Positions 1 through 8,330 of a stretch of DNA of 64,000 nt are shown here, piece by piece. How positions within the stretch are numbered: position 1 is the first letter of the stretch; each line of letters starts with the position of its first letter. The translations under genes and the position numbers were made by a program. The notes under the pieces are model-generated. The model worked only from the letters and a program-made list of their open reading frames with translations. It was not told the DNA's origin and did no database searches. This DNA is from Flavobacterium sp. BFFFF1 (GTDB lineage: Bacteria; Bacteroidota; Bacteroidia; Flavobacteriales; Flavobacteriaceae): assembly GCF_002256285.1 (NCBI RefSeq), contig NZ_NKJE01000011.1, forward strand, positions 56,710-120,709, in the 5' to 3' direction.

Positions 1-639
1 AGGTCCGAAGCGCCGCCTTAAAGTGGTGCGCGGCATGTCCATAAAACTATCAATGCGCCACAGCCCTAACTTTTTTAACCGTTTTAAAATTTCCACATCC
101 AAACGCAATGCCGCTGGAGAAAAGTGTCGCAAAACCTCACGCTGCCGGCCGGAATGTATCACCGTCAAAGGCGTTCCAAATCGGGCCGCGGCCCAGGCAG
201 CACCAATAGTATCGGCAACAGCCAGTTGTATCGTATAACCATAGCCTGCTAATTTCATTCTAATACACTCCAGGTATTCGTTTTCTCCGCCCCAAAGATG
301 TGCGCAGCCTGTGGTATCCAAAATTAGTCCATCAGGTAAATCAACAGCGGCAAAAGGCGTGTACCGGATACTCCATTCAGCCAACGCATACAACAACTTT
401 TCCATCCTGCCGGGTTCGGTTTTAAGCACTTGTAATTCTGGAAGGATGGCCTTGCAATCTGCCAGTACCATTCCGGGATGAATCCCTTTTTGCGCCGCAT
501 GTTTGTTTGCCGCTTCAATAATCATGCGTCCGCGTTGTGAAGAGGCCATTACAAACGGCACTTCACTAAGGGCAGGCCTTTTACGGACAGCATACTCGGT
601 GAGTAAATAAGGAAACCATATGGAAGCATACCTTGTCAT
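1..639 (-). CDS. imuB: ImuB-like Y-family DNA polymerase, 5' part only (runs off window edge)
   Basis: Manual translation from ATG at 639: MTRYASIWFPYLLTEY...GMVLADCKAILPEL...LAEWSIRYTP...DGLILDTTGCAHLWGGE. The start overlaps the imuA stop (TAATG). It is missing from the ORF track because no stop lies in the window. Confidence 0.88.
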   Translation of the reverse strand, partial: MTRYASIWFPYLLTEYAVRKRPALSEVPFVMASSQRGRMIIEAANKHAAQKGIHPGMVLADCKAILPELQVLKTEPGRMEKLLYALAEWSIRYTPFAAVDLPDGLILDTTGCAHLWGGENEYLECIRMKLAGYGYTIQLAVADTIGAAWAAARFGTPLTVIHSGRQREVLRHFSPAALRLDVEILKRLKKLGLWRIDSFMDMPRTTLRRRFGP

Positions 640-1376
640 TATCCAGCGTGGCGTTCAGGGTGCCATTGTATGGTGTCGCGAACATCAGATAATGACAGAA
701 ATGTTCCGTCAGACCAGCTTACCTGCCAGGAATCCGGCCTGCCATTTTTGACTTTAAGCAATTGTATGTCCCAGGAACACCTTCCCACCCCAGGCAGGCC
801 GTCAATGGCTACACTGGCTAAAGGTGTTACTTTCCAACGTGTGGTACAGGCGACGGCGTTTTCCCGAAATGGCTGATATCGGTGTATAAACCCCGTGACT
901 CCACTCCGCTCTACCGCAAGCTGAAGCCTTCGGGATTCTGTGAAACCAAGATTTTTTATTTCGCCGATGAGAATGGCAATCGCTTCGCATTTTAGTGTTT
1001 CTTCCATTACCCACAGCAGGTCCTTTGGTTTGGAGGTGTTAATAAAAATGATGCGGTCCGGCTCCAGTCCGAAATATTTCAACCCTGAAGGAAAAATTTC
1101 CCCATCACTTCCAATCCAAAGGCAAAGACCTTCATCTTTTATTAATTTTCCTGCCAGGGCTGATATGAAACCGCTTGTTGAAGCGCGGTGTGCCTGTTCA
1201 TAACTCACAAATTCATGAATGGCACCCATCGGAAATATGTTGCCGGGAAAAGCACGCGTAAACGGAAAAAGGCCAGTTTCCGACAGTCCAGCCAATGGTT
1301 TTCCCAAACCCTGCATGGCATTGATCTTTGCCTGGAGTTGCTTTGCAATTTCTCTTTTTTCAATGTTGGGCAGCAC
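639..1376 (-). CDS. imuA: ImuA-like error-prone repair protein (RecA-like fold)
   Basis: Motifs GAIHEF, LSNFTESRRLQLAVE-like segment (NLGFTESRRLQLAVERSG) and TRWKV; directly upstream of imuB; GTG start. Confidence 0.85.
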   Translation of the reverse strand: MLPNIEKREIAKQLQAKINAMQGLGKPLAGLSETGLFPFTRAFPGNIFPMGAIHEFVSYEQAHRASTSGFISALAGKLIKDEGLCLWIGSDGEIFPSGLKYFGLEPDRIIFINTSKPKDLLWVMEETLKCEAIAILIGEIKNLGFTESRRLQLAVERSGVTGFIHRYQPFRENAVACTTRWKVTPLASVAIDGLPGVGRCSWDIQLLKVKNGRPDSWQVSWSDGTFLSLSDVRDTIQWHPERHAG

Positions 1377-1396
1377 TTTTTTAGAATTTATATTTA

Positions 1397-1447
1397 TGTT
1401 GTTATATACCGCAAAATTACATACTTTTGTTGTTGTAACTTACAACA
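1397..1447. promoter_or_regulatory. Divergent promoter region with a palindromic operator candidate
   Basis: Back-to-back -7 boxes: TAATTTTG on minus (1412-1419) and TACTTTTG on plus (1422-1429). Perfect inverted repeat TGTTGTAA-C-TTACAACA at 1431-1447 and a 12/17 degenerate copy at 1397-1413. Confidence 0.7.
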
Positions 1448-1453
1448 TTAACA

Positions 1454-2227
1454 ATGTCGCTTTTTTCAGATAACATCAGATACCTGCGTGAAGGCAGAAA
1501 AGAAACCCAGCATGAAATGGCAGAACGCCTGCAAATAAAGCGTGCCAGGTATGAGCCCTATGAAAGTGGAAAGGTGGAACCTCCTTATGATATATTGAAA
1601 AAGATTTCAAGCCATTTCGGTATTAGTATTGACCTGTTGTTGTCCATCGATATCCGGAAATATAAGATTGACGAATTATTAAAACTCGATGATAACCGCA
1701 TTGTACTTCCTATAAAAGTGGACAGGAACGGCCGGAATCTCATCGAAATCATACCGTATAAAGCACGGGCCGGGTATCTAACTGGCTATGCTGATCCCGA
1801 ATATATTGAAAGCCTGCAACAGATCTCGCTGCCTTTTCTGGGACCGGGAAAACACCGGGCCTTTCCTGTGGGCGGAGATTCCATGCCACCGCATACAGAC
1901 AGTTCTTTTATTGTAGGCAGGTATGTTGAAAACCTGGGAGAGATTAAAAAAAACAAAACTTACATATTGATTACACTCAATGAAGGAATTACCTATAAAA
2001 GATTGAACGATAAAAGTGCGGAGTCTCTATTAGTCGAACCAGACAATGTCATTTACAATCCATATGAAATCAAACTGTCAGATATCCTTGAAATCTGGGA
2101 ATATGTAGCACATATCGGTCGCAACGACAGTAAGCCGGAAGCTCTGAGTGGGGAAAGCGTAAATGGAATGTTTCTGGAATTAAAAAAAGAAATTATTGAC
2201 CTAAAAAAAGGGATGGGAAAAGGATAA
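1454..2227 (+). CDS. XRE-HTH / S24 peptidase (LexA/CI-like) repressor
   Basis: N-terminal HTH_3 (NIRYLRE...TQHEMAERL); Ala-Gly site (KARAGY); catalytic Ser (GDSM) and Lys (TYKRL). Confidence 0.9.
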   Translation: MSLFSDNIRYLREGRKETQHEMAERLQIKRARYEPYESGKVEPPYDILKKISSHFGISIDLLLSIDIRKYKIDELLKLDDNRIVLPIKVDRNGRNLIEIIPYKARAGYLTGYADPEYIESLQQISLPFLGPGKHRAFPVGGDSMPPHTDSSFIVGRYVENLGEIKKNKTYILITLNEGITYKRLNDKSAESLLVEPDNVIYNPYEIKLSDILEIWEYVAHIGRNDSKPEALSGESVNGMFLELKKEIIDLKKGMGKG

Positions 2228-2346
2228 AAATACTTTATTATTTTACGTAAAACACTGTATTTCAAACAACAAATCCCTGGCTTTTCATAAAAATCGATAT
2301 TTGGAAATTTTTAATTTATATCTTAAGATCATTTCCTTTCGCTTTT

Positions 2347-2379
2347 TTGTTTATATTTTTACTATTTTTGATTAAACAA
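2347..2379 (+). promoter_or_regulatory. Candidate CarH/LitR operator over the regulator promoter
   Basis: TTGTTTA-N19-TAAACAA brackets the -7 box TATTTTTG (2363-2370). The same layout occurs upstream of crtI. Confidence 0.45.
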
Positions 2380-2388
2380 ATTGACAAC

Positions 2389-3288
2389 ATGAGCAATACC
2401 AAGAGTGCTTTTAACATTAAAGATCTTGAGCATATTTCAGGCATTAAAGCACACACCATCCGTATCTGGGAGAAGCGCTATAACATTCTTCAGCCTTCAA
2501 GAACCGAAACAAACATTCGCCTTTACAGTCTGGAAAGCCTTCAAAAGCTCCTGAATATTACGTTACTTCACAATCACGGATATAAAATTTCCAAGATTGC
2601 AACCTATCCTGAAGAAACAATTCCATCATTGGTAAAGGAGATTTTTTCGCCAAACAATTCAAAAAACCATGCCATCAACAGTTTTAAGGTGGCCATGTTA
2701 CAATTTGACCGGCAACTCTTCCTGAAAACTTACGACAGCATGCTCGCCCAACGATCCTTCAGGGAAATTTTTAACAATGTCTTTATTCCATTGCTAAATG
2801 AAATTGGGGTATTATGGCAAACCCAGACCATAACACCGGCACATGAACATTTCATAAGCAGCCTCATCCGCCAGAAACTCATACTCAATATTGATAAAAT
2901 TCAGTCTGAAACTTTAATTACCGGAGACAGGACGCTTATTTTTTATCTTCCCGCGAATGATAACCATGAAATGGGATTGCTGTACATGCATTATGAAGCC
3001 ATCCTGAATGGTTATAAAACCGTGTATCTCGGCGCCGATGTTACCCTTGAAGACCTCAAAAATACATTAGCATTCCACAAAGACGCCACGTTTGTAACCT
3101 ATTTTACGCTATTGCCCGAAGACCTTAGCATCGAAGAATATTTTTCAGCATTCAGCCGTGAAATACTCGAAGGCACCGGAGCAACATTATGGGCTTCAGG
3201 ATGTAAAGTATTGTACACTTCTGACAAACAACCCGACTCAGGTATCTCCATTATCCACTCTTTTGCAGATTATATAAAAAGATTGTAA
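2389..3288 (+). CDS. MerR-family regulator with a cobalamin-binding domain (CarH/LitR-like)
   Basis: MerR HTH (IKAHTIRIWEKRY), W-x9-EH motif (WQTQTITPAHEH) and DxH motif (DNHEMG); directly upstream of crt genes. Start moved to MSNTK. Confidence 0.85.
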   Translation: MSNTKSAFNIKDLEHISGIKAHTIRIWEKRYNILQPSRTETNIRLYSLESLQKLLNITLLHNHGYKISKIATYPEETIPSLVKEIFSPNNSKNHAINSFKVAMLQFDRQLFLKTYDSMLAQRSFREIFNNVFIPLLNEIGVLWQTQTITPAHEHFISSLIRQKLILNIDKIQSETLITGDRTLIFYLPANDNHEMGLLYMHYEAILNGYKTVYLGADVTLEDLKNTLAFHKDATFVTYFTLLPEDLSIEEYFSAFSREILEGTGATLWASGCKVLYTSDKQPDSGISIIHSFADYIKRL

Positions 3289-3308
3289 TATTTCGAAACA
3301 ATTGAATT

Positions 3309-3341
3309 TTGTTCATTGTTTTGAGTATATTTGTTAAACAT
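3309..3341 (+). promoter_or_regulatory. Candidate CarH/LitR operator over the crtI promoter
   Basis: TTGTTCA-N19-TAAACAT brackets the -7 box TATATTTG (3326-3333). Confidence 0.45.
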
Positions 3342-3343
3342 TT

Positions 3344-4810
3344 ATGAGGAAGAATATTGCCATTATCGGTTCAGGGTTTGCTTCTCTTTCTGCTGCCTGT
3401 TATCTCGCAAAAGAAGGCCACCATGTGACTGTCTACGAAAAAAATAAATCCATTGGTGGACGTGCAAGACAGCTAAAAAAAGAAGGCTTTACGTTTGATA
3501 TGGGACCAAGTTGGTACTGGATGCCCGATATATTTGAGCGGTTCTTCAACGACTTTGGTAAAAAAACATCTGACTTTTACGAGCTCATAAAACTGTCACC
3601 TGCCTATACCGTTTATTTTGGTAAAAATAATAACATCCAAATAGCGGATAACCTCACACAAATTTGTGATACTTTCGAAAAGATCGAGGCCGGAAGCAGT
3701 AAAAAGCTCTCCGAATTTATCGGCAAAGCCAAAAACAACTACGCCATTGCCATGGCGGATTTAGTCTACCGCCCCGGAAATTCACCGCTGGAATTAATCA
3801 CTTCAAAAACGGTACAAAATCTGGGACAGTTTTTTACCAACATCAGTGCTGATGTCAGGAAAAGTTTTAACGACCCCAGACTGGTCAGTATTTTAGAATT
3901 TCCGGTATTGTTTCTTGGCGCAAAGCCATCGGACACCCCCTCTTTTTACAGCTTCATGAACTATGCTGATTTTGGCATGGGTACATGGCATCCCAAAACT
4001 GGCATGTTCGATGTGGTCGATGCCATTTATACACTGGCCACAGGACTTGGCGTGAAATTTGAAACGGAAAGTCCCATAGAACGGATTCTCACACAGGATG
4101 GCCGCGCTACCGGAATTGTTATCCACGGCAAAACCATCATTGCAGACATCGTACTAAGTGGTGCTGACTACCACCATACAGAAACTTTGCTCGAGAAACC
4201 CTTCCGCCAATATTCTGAAAAATACTGGGAAAACCGGACATTTGCGCCATCAGCGTTGTTGTTTTACGTCGGACTGAATAAGAAAACTGAGAACATAACG
4301 CATCATGCTTTGTTTTTTGACACCGACTTCGAAAAGCATGCCCAGGAGATTTATGACACCCCTAAATGGCCTGAGGCCCCATTATTTTATGCAAACTTCC
4401 CCTCCAAAACAGATCCGTCTACCGCACCGGAAGGGATGGAAAGCGCCTTTTTCCTGATCCCAATCGCTCCAGGCATTGAAGACACACCCGAACTACGTGA
4501 AGAATACTTCAAAAAAATTATGAAAAGATTTCACGAAGTCACTGGGGAAGCAATTGAAGAAAACATTATTTTTAAAGAAAGTTATTGCGTAAATGATTTT
4601 GTAAACGACTATAATTCCTATAAAGGGAATGCTTACGGATTGGCAAACACCTTATTCCAGACTGCATTCTTAAGGCCGAAACTGAAAAGCAGAAAAATCC
4701 GTAACTTATATTTTACGGGCCAATTGACCGTGCCGGGTCCAGGTGTTCCGCCTGCGTTAATTTCAGGAAAGCTGGCCGCAGACCTGATACGGAACGATAT
4801 AAAAAAGTAA
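3344..4810 (+). CDS. crtI: Phytoene desaturase
   Basis: FAD motif IIGSGFASL, FDMGPSWYWMP, C-terminal YFTGQLTVPGPGVP. Confidence 0.95.
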   Translation: MRKNIAIIGSGFASLSAACYLAKEGHHVTVYEKNKSIGGRARQLKKEGFTFDMGPSWYWMPDIFERFFNDFGKKTSDFYELIKLSPAYTVYFGKNNNIQIADNLTQICDTFEKIEAGSSKKLSEFIGKAKNNYAIAMADLVYRPGNSPLELITSKTVQNLGQFFTNISADVRKSFNDPRLVSILEFPVLFLGAKPSDTPSFYSFMNYADFGMGTWHPKTGMFDVVDAIYTLATGLGVKFETESPIERILTQDGRATGIVIHGKTIIADIVLSGADYHHTETLLEKPFRQYSEKYWENRTFAPSALLFYVGLNKKTENITHHALFFDTDFEKHAQEIYDTPKWPEAPLFYANFPSKTDPSTAPEGMESAFFLIPIAPGIEDTPELREEYFKKIMKRFHEVTGEAIEENIIFKESYCVNDFVNDYNSYKGNAYGLANTLFQTAFLRPKLKSRKIRNLYFTGQLTVPGPGVPPALISGKLAADLIRNDIKK

Positions 4811-4816
4811 CCAGTA

Positions 4817-5656
4817 ATGAAATCAATTTTTGACACCATATCGTTCAATTGCAGTAGGGATGTAACGAAAGCTTACAGCACGTCATTCTCCTCTGCTGTG
4901 CGGATGCTCGCACCATCAATAAGACAGGATATATACAATATATACGGATTTGTCCGTTTTGCCGATGAAATCGTTGACAGCTTTCACGATTTCAACAAAT
5001 CGGAGCTTTTAGACCGGTTTGAAACAGATTTAAAGGCATCAATAAAAGACAAAATCAGCCTGAATCCGATATTAAATGCATTCCAGCATACGGTGCATAA
5101 ATACAGTATACCCAGCCAGCTAATTGATTCTTTTATGAAAAGTATGCGGCTTGATTTGTTTAAGACCACATATGAAACAAAAGAAGATTATGAGCAATAC
5201 ATTTATGGGTCGGCCGACGTCGTGGGATTGATGTGTTTAAAAGTCTTTGTAAATGGGGATGCGCAAAAATACAACGCATTGGAACATTCGGCAATGAAGT
5301 TGGGTTCTGCCTTCCAAAAAGTAAATTTCCTGAGGGATCTTAAAACGGATCATGAAATACTGAACCGTACCTACTTCCCAGACACCGACTTAAACAACCT
5401 GAATGAAGACGCGAAGCAAAAAATTATTTCGGAAATAGAAGCTGATTTTAAAGTGGGATACGAAGGAATTTCCGCACTGCCTTTGGAGGCAAAATTTGGG
5501 GTTTATACTGCCTACGTTTATTACAGGAGCCTGCTTTCAAAATTGAAAAAAATCCCTTCCACTGAAATTAAAAATAAACGAATCCGTGTTCCGGATTATC
5601 AAAAATACGGTCTGTTTGCGAAGTGTTACTTAACTTATCGATTAAATTTTATTTAA
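4817..5656 (+). CDS. crtB: Phytoene synthase
   Basis: YSTSFS, RFADEIVDSF, YIYGSADVVGLMC, NFLRD motifs. Confidence 0.95.
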   Translation: MKSIFDTISFNCSRDVTKAYSTSFSSAVRMLAPSIRQDIYNIYGFVRFADEIVDSFHDFNKSELLDRFETDLKASIKDKISLNPILNAFQHTVHKYSIPSQLIDSFMKSMRLDLFKTTYETKEDYEQYIYGSADVVGLMCLKVFVNGDAQKYNALEHSAMKLGSAFQKVNFLRDLKTDHEILNRTYFPDTDLNNLNEDAKQKIISEIEADFKVGYEGISALPLEAKFGVYTAYVYYRSLLSKLKKIPSTEIKNKRIRVPDYQKYGLFAKCYLTYRLNFI

Positions 5657-5657
5657 T

Positions 5658-6101
5658 ATGTGGTTGTATATATTTGTTTTCCTGGTGACGTTTTTCTTCA
5701 TGGAATTTATGGCATGGTTCAGCCATAAGTATATCATGCATGGCTTCTTATGGACATTGCATGCGGACCATCATAGGAAGGACCATGATTCCTGGTTCGA
5801 GCGCAATGACGCTTTTTTCATATTCTACGCCGCCGTAAGCATTGGGTTTTTCCTGCTTTGGCAAAATAATATCTTAGATATTGGACTCGCCATCGGGTTG
5901 GGCATTTTCGCTTATGGATTGACGTACTTTATCGTACACGATATTTTCATACACCAACGGTTCAAGTTATTCCGAAACGCAAACAATCCATACGCAAAGG
6001 CGGTACGACGGGCCCACAAAATGCATCACAAGCACATTGGAAAAGAACACGGTGAGTGTTTTGGAATGCTAATCGTGCCTTTTAAATACTTCAAAAAATA
6101 A
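5658..6101 (+). CDS. crtZ: Beta-carotene hydroxylase
   Basis: His boxes HKYIMHG, HADHH, HDIFIH and HKMHH. Confidence 0.9.
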   Translation: MWLYIFVFLVTFFFMEFMAWFSHKYIMHGFLWTLHADHHRKDHDSWFERNDAFFIFYAAVSIGFFLLWQNNILDIGLAIGLGIFAYGLTYFIVHDIFIHQRFKLFRNANNPYAKAVRRAHKMHHKHIGKEHGECFGMLIVPFKYFKK

Positions 6102-6128
6102 GCACCTAAATAGGTGCTTATTTTTTTT
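6093..6128. terminator. Bidirectional intrinsic terminator
   Basis: AAAAAATAAGCACCTA-AA-TAGGTGCTTATTTTTT between convergent genes. Confidence 0.85.
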
Positions 6129-6147
6129 CAGCCATTCTGATATACTG

Positions 6148-6684
6148 CTATCCTTTCATCAGGTTTTTTAACGGCTCAAGTTGTTTGGTATCTATATTTG
6201 ACTTCCGGAGCAGCGAAAGGATGGTCATTACTCCGGTAGGATTCATGTTCTTTCCCAAAACCCTGGCGACAGCGATTCCATTTCCCTTTTTTGCCGCATA
6301 AATCACAAATTCATCAATATGTTCATCATCTTTGCCGATGTAACTTATCGATGCCCCGTCTTTTCCTGAACCTACTTTCATCAGCAGCTCGTACTTTTTA
6401 TCCTTTAATATACTTTTCAGCGCTTTACTCTCGACATCAAATGATTTACCCGCAGTACTGTCTGCCCTAAAAACAAGCAGATTTACTTTATCAAATGATT
6501 TAAGGGCGCTTTTTTCATCGCGATTGAGCTTCGATCCTTCGAGTTTAAATATTTCCGGAGACAGGTCAAGCACCGTAAAATTTTGCTGCTCTGACTTCTT
6601 AACAAAGTACTTCTGCAGCGACGGTTCAGCATTACAGCCCAATAGTAGCAGGCTGTAACTTAAGAGGAGCAAAAACCGCCTCAT
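6148..6684 (-). CDS. DUF4252-family lipoprotein
   Basis: Lipobox LLLGC; YELLMKV and IDEFVIY pattern; similar to the neighbouring DUF4252 protein. Confidence 0.75.
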   Translation of the reverse strand: MRRFLLLLSYSLLLLGCNAEPSLQKYFVKKSEQQNFTVLDLSPEIFKLEGSKLNRDEKSALKSFDKVNLLVFRADSTAGKSFDVESKALKSILKDKKYELLMKVGSGKDGASISYIGKDDEHIDEFVIYAAKKGNGIAVARVLGKNMNPTGVMTILSLLRKSNIDTKQLEPLKNLMKG

Positions 6685-7211
6685 TATTTTCTTCCTTTCG
6701 TGCCTTTTGACAACACGTCGCCTCCTGGCAAATTCATCTTATCCGTCAAAATTGAAATTTCATTAAGATCAAAATCGCCGGTAAGTGACATTAATACGGT
6801 ATCGTCTTTACCAGAACCCTCAATAAACATGAGCAATTCCCGTACCTGACTTTCCTTTGCGCCTGATTTGATCATGATCCTGATATTTTTTCCTTTATCA
6901 TTAACACGCATCAGCTCTTCCAACCCGGAAGTCTTAATGTATTTTTCGGCTGCCGACTTGAGTTCGGCTGTAGTCTTGTCATTGGTTGTGGTAAACACCC
7001 TAAGGTTGTCCAACTTCTGTATCAGGTTCAGATACTGTTGCGTTTCTTTGTCCTTACTGTCCACTTTTCCCATCATCTGGAACATTTTCTTATTCACAAT
7101 AACTGCAGTGATATCATCACGACCGTCAAATTTGTCAAAAGCGCTCTGGCCAAAGAACAACATAGGCATAATAAGCGCAGCACAAAGGATTAATTTTTTT
7201 AGTGTTTTCAT
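6684..7211 (-). CDS. DUF4252-family protein
   Basis: Signal peptide; VIVNKKMFQMM, LEELMRVND and LMSLTGDFDL motifs. Confidence 0.8.
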   Translation of the reverse strand: MKTLKKLILCAALIMPMLFFGQSAFDKFDGRDDITAVIVNKKMFQMMGKVDSKDKETQQYLNLIQKLDNLRVFTTTNDKTTAELKSAAEKYIKTSGLEELMRVNDKGKNIRIMIKSGAKESQVRELLMFIEGSGKDDTVLMSLTGDFDLNEISILTDKMNLPGGDVLSKGTKGRK

Positions 7212-7277
7212 GATTACTTTTTATTCTTTAATTAATGTTGATTTTCCTGTTTTAAGCGCAACAGGCAACGCTGTTGG

Positions 7278-7718
7278 TTAATTGAACACGATATTTTTGG
7301 TGCTTTCGTAAGTTTGCAGGTATTGCATACTCTCTACACCGGTGTTTACATGGACAGACAGCAATGCCAATGCCTTTTTAGTTTCCTGGAAAGCTTTTTG
7401 CGGATTGTCGTATGTGCCTAGATCTGTCGGCTGCTTCGCGATTGAAAAGTTCAGGTATCCAAAGCTGCCTATGCAAAGGAAAACCACCGCAGCCACAGCG
7501 ATAGAAAGCCAAGGGTTTTGTTTCTTATGGAGTTCAACAACGGCAGTTGACACGATACTTTTTTCAACTTCAAAAAAACCGAAAACAGGTTTGTACATTT
7601 CAAATTCCGGAGCCACATCTGCCGAAGCGAAATGTACACGTAGATAATTTTCTTCTGCAATTGTTGTCTCTCCTTCAAAATATTTATCCAGCAAAATTTT
7701 TATATCAGGCTTCTCCAT
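7278..7718 (-). CDS. Putative anti-sigma factor, single transmembrane helix
   Basis: LLDKYFEGETTIAEE N-terminus, one hydrophobic segment; overlaps the ECF sigma stop. Confidence 0.6.
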   Translation of the reverse strand: MEKPDIKILLDKYFEGETTIAEENYLRVHFASADVAPEFEMYKPVFGFFEVEKSIVSTAVVELHKKQNPWLSIAVAAVVFLCIGSFGYLNFSIAKQPTDLGTYDNPQKAFQETKKALALLSVHVNTGVESMQYLQTYESTKNIVFN

Positions 7719-8217
7719 AATGATACGATTTAATCATGTTCTCTTTAATAATGTTTCGTGCTCTGGCTAAAGTAACCCTAACGGTCACTTCCGTCATTTC
7801 CAGAATTTCAGCAATCGTCCCCAATTCATATTGTTCCACATCGCGCATCTGGAGTACCAGTTTTTGCTTTTCGCTAAGTTGAGTGGCAACGATTCTTCCT
7901 ACAAATTTCATCTTATCCTCGCCGTCGTTATCCTTTTGGTAAACTGGTGTCTGATGGGCAAAATCGTCATAAACGATAGTAAAATAGGGCGATTTTCGGG
8001 ACCTCAAGTGATCGAGACAATAATTTTTTGTTACTGTCATCGAAAGCGCTTCTATGCTTTTGTAAGCGGTCAGCCGATCCCTCATCGCCCAAAGCTTCAG
8101 CATAACCTCCTGTAACGCATCCTCGGATTCTTCATGACTCTCAAGCATGCGCTTCGCGAGCCTGAAAACCTTATCCCGAATAGGATTCGTAAGTGTTATA
8201 AATTCGTTTGGGTTCAT
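7705..8217 (-). CDS. ECF sigma-70 factor
   Basis: Region 2 (EDALQEVMLKLW) and region 4 (LRDVEQYELGTIAEIL-like). Start moved to MNPNEF. Confidence 0.9.
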   Translation of the reverse strand: MNPNEFITLTNPIRDKVFRLAKRMLESHEESEDALQEVMLKLWAMRDRLTAYKSIEALSMTVTKNYCLDHLRSRKSPYFTIVYDDFAHQTPVYQKDNDGEDKMKFVGRIVATQLSEKQKLVLQMRDVEQYELGTIAEILEMTEVTVRVTLARARNIIKENMIKSYHYGEA

Positions 8218-8244
8218 CAATTTTATTATCGGCTTCAGAGTCAA

Positions 8245-8270
8245 GACGATTTCGGGCGTTTTTTGTTACA
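8245..8270 (-). promoter_or_regulatory. ECF-type autoregulatory promoter TGTAAC-N16-CGTC
   Basis: Minus strand reads TGTAAC AAAAAACGCCCGAAAT CGTC, about 27 nt upstream of the sigma start. This is the classical AAC/CGT ECF layout. Confidence 0.6.
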
Positions 8271-8330
8271 AAGAATTGAAAATAATATTAAAGTTATTAA
8301 ATTTACGTTTACTTAATAAGTACCCTTGCT

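Noticed and set aside
23-518. ORF-track entries 23..238 (+) and 324..518 (-)
   Set aside because: Both are shadow or off-frame ORFs over the real imuB frame. I checked the A-run near 487-491 and found no frameshift in imuB.
8271-8330. S41 peptidase as a target of the divergent ECF sigma
   Set aside because: No TGTAAC-N16-CGTC match on the plus strand upstream of it.
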